From Phoronis australis (taxonomy: Eukaryota; Animalia; Phoronida): a stretch of DNA of 64,000 nucleotides. The position numbers and the translations under genes are program-made. The first letter of the stretch is position 1. The number at the start of each line of letters is the position of its first letter. The DNA lies in the NCBI GenBank assembly GCA_002633005.1, contig NMRA01000206.1, positions 595,203-659,202 on the forward strand, read 5' to 3'. This document shows positions 12,138-24,094 of this stretch, in pieces. The notes under the pieces were generated by a model that saw only the letters and a list, made by a program, of their open reading frames with translations, made no database searches and had not been told where the DNA came from.

Positions 12138-14407
12138 CTGTGACAAAATGAACAAATCGTACTGTATAAATGAAACAGCGATAAAACACGTGACACTACT
12201 TTCGCTTGAACCAATATTCCAGCGTTTGTAACTTCATATGTAATTTGCATGATTTCATCGAATGAGAAGTTTCGAAAATGTTAAAAACTGACCTTCCTTA
12301 ACATTTGGATTTCAAAGATTACAGCTGCGTTTCGCCGTGTTTAGCTGGCAAAAACGAAAATCGAATAAGAATTTTTAATATCATTTTAATCGGTCTCACG
12401 ACATGATTCTGTTTCCATTATCAAGATGAAGAACAGCAACAACAACAAAAAAACACTAGCGATTCAAGAAAACGCTTCCAACTTCATTGGAGTTCGCCAA
12501 CACTGATATTGCAAATTCGAAAGTGGGCCCTGCGCATTGCCTGCGCGTAGGGTTGCAGGCCTATTAGGCAACAAATCCAGATTGGATAAGTATGCTAATG
12601 TTTTATACCACAACTCGCTTCAGTTAATGAAGAAGTCAGTATTTATAGTTAAACGGGCAAAATGCAGCTTAAAAATGCAGTTCACCGTTAGTTGTGATTG
12701 AAAATGCCAATGGCAACACACTAGTTTAAGCGGTCAACACCATGAAGTATTATATAACTAAAAATTAATGGATTGCCTGATTAGAATAATTACTCCAACT
12801 TATCTTATGATTTAACATGTCCAATTATCTACGTAATCTCAGTCAAATCCTTGACGCCAATTAAGATGACGTCGGCTGATCTCCGTAGGCGTAAGAAGCT
12901 TAAGTGGGATCACGTGGTTCGCTTGTCATATACAGCGAAATCTCGTAATCTTGCGTTTCCGCGAGATTCTCGCGTCCATGGAACGCGCAATTTCTTTCCG
13001 CATTGACAAAAATGGCAGCTAATAGCCAAATTTTGAAATACACAGCTCATCTCTGCGATCTGTTTCGTAGATCAAGTTTCTTGCGAGAAAAGCATGTTTT
13101 ACCAAGATATCGCCATTCATTACAAGCGAGGCAGGTGATCACTTTAGCTATATTGGAGAGTGTCTTTCACGATCGTCGGTATTTACCCACAATGCTATGC
13201 AACTGGCAAGAACTTTTCACACCGCACGTTGTTCACTCCTACTGTATCATTTACATGAAAACATGTTCGTGATTCTACACTTTAATGCGATCAACGTGTT
13301 TGTTGCTGACAAACTTGATAAGCTGAGTATGGTGCGATATGTCGGATTTGTCGTTTTTCATTTGTGTGGCTCAACTCTGACGTGTGTTAGCTGCTCGGCA
13401 TTTCAAAAACTAAGTCAATCCTAGAATGAGTATGAAAAATGCATCCGTGACGTAATTATAGGATGTATGAAGATTCACGTCACTCACAGACAAATGGGAA
13501 ACTAATCAGAAAAGGCAGTCTATTTCGTCAAAGATGACTTATGAAGACATATACCCGGACTTTTTAGCGTACGAGCTCATAGCACTAGCTTGCACTGAAA
13601 AGCGCATTCCACCAACTCTCCGCTTTTGCCGTCACCAAATGACTATGACTTTAAGTAAGATTTACTAAAGAGAAAGGTGCAAGTATATCTGAACAACGGT
13701 ACACTGTATAATCAATAACACCACCAGACGTCTTTCGATATAAATGTCCAAGACCGAATCTCAAAGACACCGTTACAGTTTTTAAAAGGATATCCAACAG
13801 GGTTTTGGCATATTAACAGATATTAAAAATGACGTTCCTATCTCGTTCTCTGAAACAAAATGATGCTCTGTAATCCTCGACAACCATCAGATATTACTAG
13901 CAAAACTTGAAAATTCCTTAGAAAGTTAGCGAGTTACATGGCAAGTGTAAGGAACGACTTCCCACCAAGTACCGTAATATCTCATCTGTGACAAAGAAAG
14001 GTGTGTTTTTTCGGTTGAACCCTAATCGCACAAGTAGGACGTCAGTGGTGCATTATTGGGTGACTGAACGATGATCACCAAAACAGAGTTTAGTATCCTT
14101 TTAAGCTATCACTTCTTTTACGTTGTTTGCGACTTGTTCTTTTTCATATTATCAAAACAGTTCTATTTTTGATATCTCTTCATGCAAAAGTGGAGGTTTC
14201 GTGTGAATTCGATCAGCCATTTGTGAGCTACAATGCACCAAATCTAGAGATTTTTAAGTTCCTATACGTCCTTAAGTCACCTGTCATGAAATGAACCTCT
14301 GGAGAGCCAAGAACTTGCACTTCAGATTTGTCATTGAAGCTTTGTGAAAATCTACGCCTTGGTATACACTGACAATTTTACTTTATCAAACTCATTACGC
14401 TACTCAC

Positions 14408-14581
14408 GTCAAAATACAACCACAGAATGAACACCACGTGACAAGCGACGTAGATACCAACAAACGTGCACAGAACGATTCTTTCAATGCGGTACATATC
14501 GCCGGGATCGAGGATTGCGACGACTGCGTGCCAAATACATACCACACACAGTTCGATGAGAGACATGAGTACGTACTTGTC
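14408..14581 (-). CDS. Cys-less pLGIC exon: M3, short M3-M4 loop, M4
   Basis: ttttgcag|GAC ... GAC|gtgagt. 58 aa DKYVLMSLIELCVVCIWHAVVAILDPGDMYRIERIVLCTFVGIYVACHVVFILWLYFD, with two hydrophobic helices and the conserved pre-M3 'D-x-Y'. Confidence 0.93.
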
Positions 14582-14721
14582 CTGCAAAAGGTCACTTGGG
14601 CTTAGCCACGAATCCGAAGTCCAACCTTCGTGCTCGAACTATTTTTGGTGCGTTCAGATGAACTAGATATAAGTTCCTTTGAATTTATGCTCGAATACGT
14701 AACATTATGTTGTAGGAAAGC

Positions 14722-14816
14722 GAGCGCCTTATCCTAAGTCGTACTTGATGACCCCAAGACTCTAGCCACAGCCTCAACTTCTGGGATCATCAAGGACGAA
14801 CGAGGGTTAGACGCTC
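14722..14816. repeat. Imperfect ~95-bp palindrome, probably the head of a decayed non-autonomous DNA element
   Basis: GAGCGCCTTATCCTAAGTCGTACTTGATGACCCC matches the reverse complement of CTGGGATCATCAAGGACGAACGAGGGTTAGACGCTC. Confidence 0.6.
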
Positions 14817-15677
14817 ACCTTAGTAAGCCATACTGTACACTAGTTGCCAAAATTCAAAGATTCAAAGCTTGAATAAATTTTAACGCAGAACGGAATATGA
14901 TCAAACTTATGTTAGAAATTGATTTCAGAGATAGATTTCAGATGCAGTTGCATAAAACCCTGTAACACACTTTTCATATATGGCAATTGAAACGTTGTCT
15001 ACACGCTCTCTGTTTTGAATTCATTTTATGCAAAATTTTGAGTTTTTCCATAAAGTCCTATTTTTGTAACCTCTCTTGCAAAAGTAGATTATACTAAAAT
15101 TATTACTTAAATCGTTGGAAAACATTGCCTAAATCATAGTATCCGAATACTTCACTTTATTCCGATCAGCTATTTTTGAAAGATGATGTTCTGGAGTGAG
15201 CCAAATTGTACATTTTTCTAGTGCCCTACAAAACCTGAACAGGGCTGGGTTTCGTAGGTCAACTTTTTGCGAGAAAACCAACATCCATTTATTCACTTTC
15301 TGACCCATCATGTAATCAAAATAAGTTAAGTTTCAACTGACTTATCGTCAGGATTTTGAGTGACGGCTTAACTGACCAATCAGAACGCAGCATTCTTGAC
15401 ACACCTTCGTTTCCAAGCCGCCATTTTCCCCGACAAACAACACGTTGTCGGGTAAAAGTTATTGTTTGTTTGTCGACTTTTCGCAAGGAAGCGGAGCTTG
15501 CGATAGGTCAATTGGTGATGTGATGCTGGTTTGCGTGCATTTGCATGGCTGCGACATCTTCCAATTTTCTGACGTCATGCCCTACGACCCGTGGAGAGAA
15601 GCATTGTGGGACTGTTTATGCGCACCACAATTCATTCAAAAGTTGCTTTCTGGACGAATTGTGGCTTTAAAACTTAC

Positions 15678-15833
15678 CATGTACGTTAAATATGATATTT
15701 TTGGTAGACTTTGATTGATGACGAATTTGAAGGCTATACAGGTCAAAAGTAGAGTGAATGAGAGTTGAAGTCTGTTCTGTGGTAGATGGGGTTGAACAGA
15801 GAACGTAGCGAATGACAGAGCACTGATGAAGAA
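15678..15833 (-). CDS. Cys-less pLGIC exon: end of M1, pore helix M2 and M2-M3 loop
   Basis: ttttcag|TTC ... ATG|gtaagt. 52 aa FFISALSFATFSVQPHLPQNRLQLSFTLLLTCIAFKFVINQSLPKISYLTYM, with R0', T6', L9' and the canonical LPKISYLT loop. Confidence 0.95.
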
Positions 15834-16919
15834 CTGAAAAACATCACAATAAACATTCATGGTTATTCGAAATATTCAACCTCTTCTGTTACTTGGTGAC
15901 AGGGAATTTAATTTCCATGCAAAGGAAATATGAAGAACAGCTTGGCACAACTCTGTCTGATAACATTTCGAACTCCGCATCATAACGTTCGACAATTACC
16001 AGAAGCATTGCGGTTAGTCAAGGTCAAGGAAATCAATGGGTAACGCACGTCGCTGGATCACACGTAAGGAGCCATCCTAGTGGCTATAAACGCGCGTGTC
16101 GATTAAGAAGCGAACTTTTGATTTCGAAAATTTGCCGCAATAAATTTGACATCAACCTGTTCCTCACAGGGCCGTCTTAACAGTATCACATACCCCCGGG
16201 CACAGCAGTGTACCAGGGTCCCTGCCTTCCCAACTGTGTTCCTACTAGCAACACATAAGTCGTATACCAACAAATTTGCAATTACCGCACATGTGTACTC
16301 ATCGGTAGGCCGGACAGCTGGTACTCCAGCAATACTCCATCGCCAGATAATGCAGCGCATATGTTTGGACACCATAATGCATGCCTTTGAAAACATGACT
16401 TCAGCAAAAAATAACATTTGGTAGACCCTAAGCCAGACACGTGGTGAAATACGAGTCATGAGTAACATTACCAGGGTTGTGATACGTAGACCATAGACAC
16501 TCGCGAAGCACTTGTGACGAGAAATCTTCGCTTATGGAACGGAAGCATTCCAACTTCGCCAACCAATCACGACAGTGGTCTAGGCGCATATTGCTATGGT
16601 ACGCTGGTAAGCTCCCTACACAGGGTGACCGCGGTTGGTTATGAACTCTACTTTGGTGAGTCTTGCATGCCGAGTTCCAGCAAGTAAGGTCCCACGCGAA
16701 ACTTTTTTGCCTGATTTTTATTTTTTCTGAAGTTTCTCTAGTCTTCGGAAAGCGCCCATGCGAACTGAATTGTATTAATACATGCATTTGCAGGCGTTCT
16801 GCTGTATAATATTCTACCCGAAGACGGACAATTCAAAATATCGTTTTCTTAAACGTGGGTGAGAGCCAATAAAAGTCCATTAGCCCATTTGTGCTGTGAA
16901 GCTAGTTTTTCACGAGTTC

Positions 16920-17045
16920 CAGTCTTTGTTTTACATGAACGTTTTCCTGCACAGATTATCGCCGTCATGCAGAAAAACACTCGGAGTGCAATTTCAACAT
17001 TTGAAAATGTTGGCCGTAAGCACTTTTCAATGCTCCGCAATCCTA
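16920..17045 (-). mobile_element. Relic of a hAT transposase C-terminal dimerization domain
   Basis: LRPTFSNVEIALRVFFCMTAIICAGKRS resembles the hAT dimerization consensus FPNV-x-IALRI-x-L-x5-C-x-GERSFS. No upstream catalytic core is visible. Confidence 0.65.
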
Positions 17046-17150
17046 AGACAATATCTGAATCGTCACAAAGGACTTGATTCTGAATAGTGTTAACATTACT
17101 GATGAAACACGTCACCGTGATAGAGGTCTTCGTGATGCACAATAACAATG

Positions 17151-17293
17151 GTATTCAGTAACGCTAGGACCTACGCTAGAAACTCGCTAAACTCGCTCAA
17201 CTCGCCAAAATCACCTGCACTCATTCAAAACACACGGCAATATCTCGCAAAGTCTTGCTTTTTAGCGAGGTCTTCACGATATTGAACTCTACC
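17151..17293 (+). mobile_element. MITE family 1, copy 3
   Basis: TTCAGTAACGCTAGGACCTACGCTAG...cacacggcaatatctcgcaaagtcttgctttttagcgagg...TGAACTCT. Confidence 0.75.
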
Positions 17294-17787
17294 AGGGTGT
17301 TTGTACTTCTTGTTCAACTTATCAGATCTTGTTTTTGTGAGGGCGCCCCCCCATTGTAGCTTATGGTTTGCGCAACGGTAAATCCGACACTGAGCGTGCA
17401 AGGTGGCACATAAGACTTTTCAGGGCTAGGACAGCATGGATAGGCGAGGGGGCCCCGGGTACATGCAAGTGTCCAATTGTGCCCTGCAGTTAAAACGACA
17501 CTGATTTCTTTCTCAGTTGAGAAAACTATTCTGGATTCGAAAAGAAATGAGTTCCTCACTTGTCGTTGACAAGACTTTGCTCATCGAATAAAGTGGCACG
17601 CCGTTTGGCATGCCAACTTGCAGGAACTGATTTAATGCAGAAACGGACTGTATGTCCTTTCCAAGCCCTGATATCCTTTCCAGTTTGATTAAAGGACCGT
17701 TTGAAACCAACGTCATAACGGTAAGTGCAAGAATTCCAAAATGTTTTGCAACGGAATTCGAGTTTACAACAGCTTCTTAGTTCTCAC

Positions 17788-17934
17788 CATGACCAAGAAA
17801 ACATTCCAGTAGAAGAAGCCGGGTCGCCTGGCGGCTCGACAAGTAACTGAGAGAGCTGGATGATTCTTGGATGAGTGTGAAAATTCTTGCGTCAGTACTT
17901 TCCTGGTGACCTCGACGTGCTCGTGCAATGACCA
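17788..17934 (-). CDS. Cys-less pLGIC exon: beta9-beta10 (loop C) and start of M1, copy 1
   Basis: tttcag|TGG ... ATG|gtgaga. 49 aa WSLHEHVEVTRKVLTQEFSHSSKNHPALSVTCRAARRPGFFYWNVFLVM, with the pre-M1 R-R-x-x-F-F-x-x-N pattern. Confidence 0.92.
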
Positions 17935-18528
17935 CTGAAATTGACAATGAAATACTAAGCGAAGTCTTTGATACACATCGTGCACTAATACTATGTCCTT
18001 TGCTATCAATAATAAAAGAATGATGGTTAAAAAGTTGTTTCAAAACATGGAAATCAGGCGGTGGACATCACTTATATTAACAGTGGCAAAAAATACCAGA
18101 ACATGGGTGACCAACGAAAAAATTTATTCAAAACATGAGATGTACACCTCGTTCTGACGTTAAGCGCATTTCGAAGAGTCTCAGTGAGACTGATAGTTTT
18201 TGCAAAACTTCAAGTTTGCATGTTCCCAAGACTGGTTTGAAATTGTTGAGACACGGTTTTATCCCCATGTGAATAGTGCCTATATCTGAGTTGCGTTCCG
18301 TAGACGCAAAATAATAGCAATTCACTTGTGGCGAAAAAATCTTCGCTTATGGAACGGGAAATAGTGAATCCCATAGTTCAACATTCTACACTCTCCGCCA
18401 TTTTTCTAGGTTAGACGAGTAAGGTATCGAGCCTTTCACTCTAGTAATTTTGAATTGTCTTGCGCGATCTCACTTTTCTGCATGAAACTTTGTTTACGGA
18501 ACGCTACCCTACTGATGTACGACCATAC

Positions 18529-18636
18529 CTGTTGGTCTGTAAACGAAGCAATATTCACTGCGCAGAGTTCGGCCTGATCCGGGGTCAAATCTATTTCACT
18601 GTCTGGTCTCTCACTCGTTACTGTAATAGTTAGATC
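18529..18636 (-). CDS. Cys-less pLGIC exon: beta7-beta8-loop F, copy 1
   Basis: tttgctag|GAT ... CAG|gtatgg. 36 aa DLTITVTSERPDSEIDLTPDQAELCAVNIASFTDQQ, continuing FPLDVQ|DLTITV in phase 0. Confidence 0.9.
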
Positions 18637-19572
18637 CTAGCAAACAAAAGATAGAAAATAAAATAATGGTTTTAGACTAGTCCTTACCCAATTCCTTAAG
18701 GAGACATTATCGGCAAGAAAAGGAGTTTTCTGAGATCAGCTACAGCGCGGATTCGAACTTTGCGGTCACAGTCAAACGCTCTGCTGACAATAAATGGCAA
18801 AGTAATTTGAACGCTCGTAACTGCCAAAGTCATGTTTGACTTCAGCGAATCTCTGTCAGGCAACGCTGAGACTTGGCAATTTGCAATAAAATCATAAAAA
18901 ACACAGCAGATATTATTGTTTAAATCTATGCTCAAAGTTAACAACTTCAAATAGTCTATCCCATCCAACACCAGCCTGAAGTTACATTTTTGGCAGTAAA
19001 GTCGATGATGTCCCATTAAATGTGTGAAAAAGGTCAAATGCCATGTTTTCACTGCGCATTTCCAATTCCCAACGTTTACAAAAATATTCTGAAATTCCGC
19101 AATTGTACAACAAAATTAATTTTTTTCTATATCGATGTCAAAAACTCAACCCAAATGAAAATAAGGTTTTATTTGAAATAGTATCAGAATTTCTTTATAA
19201 CATTAAATCTCTTTGTGTGAGTGGATAGAATTGTATCCGTGTATGAAAATGAATTATTTACATTCGTAATTATATCATTGTAACCTTAACATCAGTTTTT
19301 TATTTATGTAATCGTGTATTATAATTGTATAATATTATAGACTTCTTTGTATTTTTTAACCCAGATCTAATGAGATTTATGGCACTCTGACATAAATCCT
19401 ATTATTTGGGCAAATACCATTATGGAGCCCTTCATGCTTCATATCCAACTGCTGGTTAGTTCCTACCAAGTCCGACGGTTGCGCTGTTTGTTCTTTCTCT
19501 CCAGCTTCCTGTTGGCCCAGCCTCAAGCAACAGTACATTCACTCGTAAGTTTTCCTAATTAGACAAGTTTAT

Positions 19573-19573
19573 N
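19573..19573. other. Single N, likely a contig join
   Basis: N lies exactly at the start of the duplicated block. Other single Ns are at 28667 and 46140, the latter after a poly-G run. Confidence 0.8.
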
Positions 19574-19826
19574 ATTCGAAAAGAAATGAGTTCCTCACTT
19601 GTCGTTGACAAGACTTTGCTCATCGAATAAAGTGGCACGCCGTTTGGCATGCCAACTTGCAGGAACTGATCTAATGCAGAAACGGACTGTATGTCCTTTC
19701 CAAGCCCTGATATCCTTTCCAGTTTGATTAAAGGACCGTTTGAAACCAACGTCATAACGGTAAGTGCAAGAATTCCAAAATGTTTTGCAACGGAATTCGA
19801 GTTTACAGCAGCTTATTAGTTCTCAC

Positions 19827-19973
19827 CATGACCAAGAAAACATTCCAGTAAAAGAAGCCTGGTCGCCTGGCGGCTCGACAAGTAACTGAGAGAGCTGGAT
19901 GATTCTTGGATGAGTGTGAAAATTCTTGCGTCAGTACTTTCCTGGTGACCTCGACGTGCTCATGCAATGACCA
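19827..19973 (-). CDS. Cys-less pLGIC exon beta9-M1, copy 2 (same peptide as 17788-17934)
   Basis: Intact splice sites. Three differences from copy 1, all synonymous (CAC/CAT, CCC/CCA, TTC/TTT). Confidence 0.88.
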
Positions 19974-20597
19974 CTGAAATTGACAATGCAATACTAAGCG
20001 AAGTCTTTGATACATGTCGTGCACTAATATTATGTCCTTTGCTATCAATAATAAACGAATGATGTTTTTGCGTGAAATGTTTCGGTTAAAAAGTTTTGTC
20101 AGAACATGGAAATCTGGCGATGGACATCACTTATATTAACAGTAGCAAAAATACTAGAACATGGGTGACCAACGAAAAAATTTATTCAAAACATGAGCTG
20201 TACACCTCGTTCTGACGTTTAGCGCATTTCGAAGAGTCTCAGTGAGACTAATAGTTTATTAATTTGCAAAGCTTCACGTTTGCAGGTCCCCAAGACTGGG
20301 TTGAAATTGTTGAGACACGGTTTTATCCCCATGTGAATAGTGTATATATCTGGGTTGCGTTCCGTAGACGCAAAATAATAGCAATTCACTTGCGGCGAAA
20401 AAATCTTCGCTTATGGAACGGGAAATAGTGAATACAATCCCATAGTTCAACATTCTACACTCTCCGCCATTTTGCTAGGTTAGGCGAGTAAGGTATCGAG
20501 CCTTTTACTCTCGTAATTTTGAATTGTCTTTCGCTATCTCACTTTTCTGCACGAAACTTTGTTTACGGAACGCTACCCTACTGATGTACGACCATAC

Positions 20598-20705
20598 CTG
20601 TTGGTCTGTAAACGAAGCAATATTCACTGCGCACAGTTCGGCCTGATCCGGGGTCAAATCTATTTCACTGTCTGGTCTCTCACTCGTTACTGTAATAGTT
20701 AGATC
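20598..20705 (-). CDS. Cys-less pLGIC exon beta7-loop F, copy 2 (same peptide as 18529-18636)
   Basis: Intact splice sites. One synonymous difference (CTC/CTG). Confidence 0.88.
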
Positions 20706-21269
20706 CTAGCAAACAAAAGATAGAAAATAAAATAATGGTTTTAGACTAGTCGTTACCCAATTCCTTAAGGAGACATTATCGGCATGAAAAGGAGTTTTCT
20801 GAGATTAGCTACAGCGCGGATTTGAACCTTAAAACTTTGCGGTCACAGTCAAACGCTCTGTTGGCGATAAATGGCAAAATATTTTGAACGCTCGTAACTG
20901 TCAAAGTCATGTTTGACTTCAGCGAATCTTTGTCAGGCAACGGCGAGACTTGGCAATTTGCAATAAAATCATTAAAACACAGCAGATATTACTGTTTAAA
21001 ACTCTGCTCAAAATTAACAACTTCAAATAGTCTATCCCATCCAACACCAGCCTGAAGTTACCTTTTTGGCAGTACAGTCGATGATGGCCCATTAAATGTG
21101 TTTAAAAGGTCAAATGCCATGTTTTCACGGCGCATTTCCAATTCCCAACGTTTACAAAAATATTCTGAAATTCCGCAAATCTACAACAAAATTAATTCTT
21201 TTCTATATGGATGTCAAAAACTCAACCCAAATGAAAATAAGGTTTTATTTGAAATAGTATCAGAATTTC

Positions 21270-21460
21270 TTTATAACATTAAATCTCTGTGTGAGTGGAT
21301 AGAATTGTATACGTGTATGAAAATGAATTATTTACATTCGTAATTATATCACTGTTATCTTAATATCAGTTTTTTATTTATGTAATCGTGTATTATAATT
21401 GTATATAGACTTCTTTGCATTTTTTAACCCAGATCTAATGCCTCTTGACGCTTTCTGGGT
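21270..21460. repeat. Dispersed AT-rich repeat, with an inverted copy at about 29846-30035
   Basis: cccagatctaatgcctcttgacgctttctggg matches the reverse complement of cccagaaagcgccaagaggcattgtatctggg at 29848-29879. Similarity continues for ~190 bp. Confidence 0.7.
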
Positions 21461-21672
21461 TATGTATATTCATTGTATTCTGAAGATTAAAAAAATTTCC
21501 AATTCCGACAATGTGTGCTTTTTATTACGTTATTCGTTATCAGCTTTGAAAGACTTTTAAGTCTTTCATCATGTTAAAACATGATACTAACCCTGTTTTA
21601 GCCACTAATAAAAATATGAAGTGTTTACACAAAGTAGAACTCTGCTCTCAAAAGTTACGAACATGAGTGAAA

Positions 21673-22246
21673 AGAGGCATAGAACGCAAAGACTAATAAA
21701 GGAATACATTGTAAACAGATCGTGGCTAATCTGCTTCTTGAGAATGCTAACATGAGCGTTATTCACTTTAAATATTACAAGAACTGCTGGAAAAAATCAT
21801 CATATTCACTATTTTTGAAACACAGACGAAATAAAAACTCTTTCATCCCAATGGATTTTCAAAGTCTCCGCCCCTAATAATATATATGCGCGCATGCGCT
21901 CAAAGAAGTCGGACTGGCTGCTGCTTGAAATCGCCATTGTTTTGTTTACATCAAAGGTGAAAGGTCACATTTTCCATATAAGGGAAATGTGCTACGTCTA
22001 CGTCGTGTCATACCAAACGGGGAAAGACGCTTTGCCATGTGGGAGAAAAATCGACGAAGTGACGAGCAGTTGACCGATCGTTTTTGGAATTTAAAACTAA
22101 AGGGAAAATTCTTTCACATCAACCGAAATTCAAAATCTTTACGAAAAAACCGTAACAATACCAGGTGAACAGTTTGACTTTTGTTTCAGGGCAGTGAGCC
22201 ACTATGAACGATGCAATTTAGTCTCTTTTTCACGTTCTATGCCACT
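21673..22246. mobile_element. Non-autonomous DNA transposon, Kolobok-like (tentative)
   Basis: TIRs AGAGGCATAGAACG and CGTTCTATGCCACT, followed on the right by TTAA. The left target site is degenerate (GAAA). Confidence 0.5.
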
Positions 22247-23114
22247 TTAAGAAGTCTGACAAGCTGGCCAGGTTTATTAACGCTAAATGAGTGTATCGAC
22301 GGCCGTGGAAAACGCCACTCGTCTGGAGCCACAGACTGAATATAATTTGAGACATAATTAGCCAAGGATTTTCGTTAACGGTTTACGTCAGTTGGACACT
22401 GAAATGTCACCAATTGCTTCATGACAAGTTGGAAATTACCGTTAACAAGGAAACAATTGAAGGGTCTTTACTTAACCAGTGAAGAGAAACATGCGAGAGT
22501 GTGCGACACTTCCTCGCTAACAGTCAATTAGTCGGGTAAATGGTCAAATTAGTAGGCGAATAATGACATTTTCGTGGATAATGCATCCATGTTTTTTGAT
22601 GAGAAAAGTCAGTTTTGGAAAATAAGAAGCAAAGAAGAGCAAAATTGGGGGCGATTGATGGAAGCAGAGGAAGACAAACGTGTCGGCGCCCAGGGACAAT
22701 CGGTTGGCCCACAGGCGGTTTAAAAATGCCTTGTGCTCGGCTGCTCAGGGCGTTGAGACCGGATGAAAAAATCCTTGGCACATCCCTCCGTGTTTTTACC
22801 CTGGAATTTTTGCCAGTGATATTGTCTCGAAGAGCGAAGGCATCATCACGAGTCAACTTTATTGAGTTTGTCCCATTAGCGAATCCTCCACAACGTAGCA
22901 CTTCTTCACGGTATAATTCAGTTGTTATATGAAAAGGAACACCTGGAGACCAACGGAAGAACCGCTAGTCTGGCAATAAAGCTGTTGATGTACTCGACTG
23001 TAGGGGCAGCGCGACTTAACTGCTATAAACATAACCCTTTTCACAAAAAATGACATGAATCTGTTGAGAATCTAGACATGTATCTAACACTTGACAATAG
23101 ATGGGCAACGTTAC

Positions 23115-23312
23115 CTGTACGTCTAAGGGAAAGTCGTTGAGTTCTAATGTCTCCAGAAATATTCCTTTGACCCGCCGCCTTTCCACTACGTAAGCTTCAC
23201 CATTCTCGCTAAGGGTTGCGCATAACCATGTACACTCCTTTTGTTCGTTTAGGATATTGTCAATGTACAGCAAAGGGTTCCAGAATTTTTCTAGTTCCAC
23301 TCTCTTTAGCTC
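23115..23312 (-). CDS. Cys-less pLGIC exon: loop A (WNP) to the Pro-loop (FPLD)
   Basis: ttccag|GAG ... CAG|gtaacg. 66 aa ELKRVELEKFWNPLLYIDNILNEQ...ENGEAYVVERRRVKGIFLETLELNDFPLDVQ, with W-x-P-x-L-x-x-x-N, the G of the beta5-6 turn and the F-P-x-D-x-Q signature. Confidence 0.95.
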
Positions 23313-24094
23313 CTGGAAGTTAGAAACAGATGGCAATTGAAATAAACTTTTCTACTATCAGTTCAACACGAATCTTTCCGGAAGGGTTAAATGTATTTGA
23401 AGTATACTGCCTGCGCAGTGCTCACGTGACAACAGTTTCCTCCTTACTCTAATATTCTTGTCCAACGTCGTTATGAAAGGCTTCTTAATCAAGGGGTTTA
23501 TATAAAAATCCTATTTTATTTCATAGCAATGTGCTACCTGGTGCTTTGCAGTTAACATTGCCATGCTTAAAACCTGTCCACGCGCGATAATGACCACGTG
23601 GCAACCTATTGCAACAGTTGTGAGAAAATGCGTTAACTAAAGAACGATCCAGTTTACGACGTGTAACTGAACATTTGAGATATCCTTGTTATTGGGTTCC
23701 CGTCACAAAATTCACTTCATGTTCACACGTTTTCTAGAACTTTAACCTCGAAGTCTTCCTGGTACTCGCTCCGTAGACACAATACACTCGCACTGCAAGC
23801 GAAGCACGTGAGCACGCTAGTTTTACTGGCGATGCTCTTGCGTTTACCTACGGAAGCCATAGAATCTTTTTTGGTAAACATGTAACCTGTTGTATGTTTT
23901 TGGATAAAATAAGCTAGTCGAATATGATCTATGTTGAACTTTTATAACCAAATGGCACTGAATTTTTGTAATGTAGTACACCCATGTTATATTCATAGAT
24001 GTATGTAACAATTGTAAAACCTGAAATCAACTGTGGCCTTTGGTCTAATATTAGCCTTATCACTTGACTTACTTCAACGCACCACGTGACTTAC

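Larger units (their letters stand above)
17535..21440. repeat. Direct duplication of ~1.85 kb (17535-19372 and 19574-21440) containing two pLGIC exons; probably uncollapsed haplotypes
   Basis: Collinear and highly similar, with scattered substitutions and small indels. The second copy starts immediately after the N at 19573. Confidence 0.95.

Noticed and set aside
16103-16787. Overlapping 90-120 aa ORFs in the pLGIC intron as a nested gene
   Set aside because: No recognisable domain in any frame and no consistent splice signals.
17513-19755. Repeated 66-67 aa ORF MTLVSNGPLIKLERISG
   Set aside because: Intronic sequence repeated only because of the 1.85-kb duplication. No splice or domain support.
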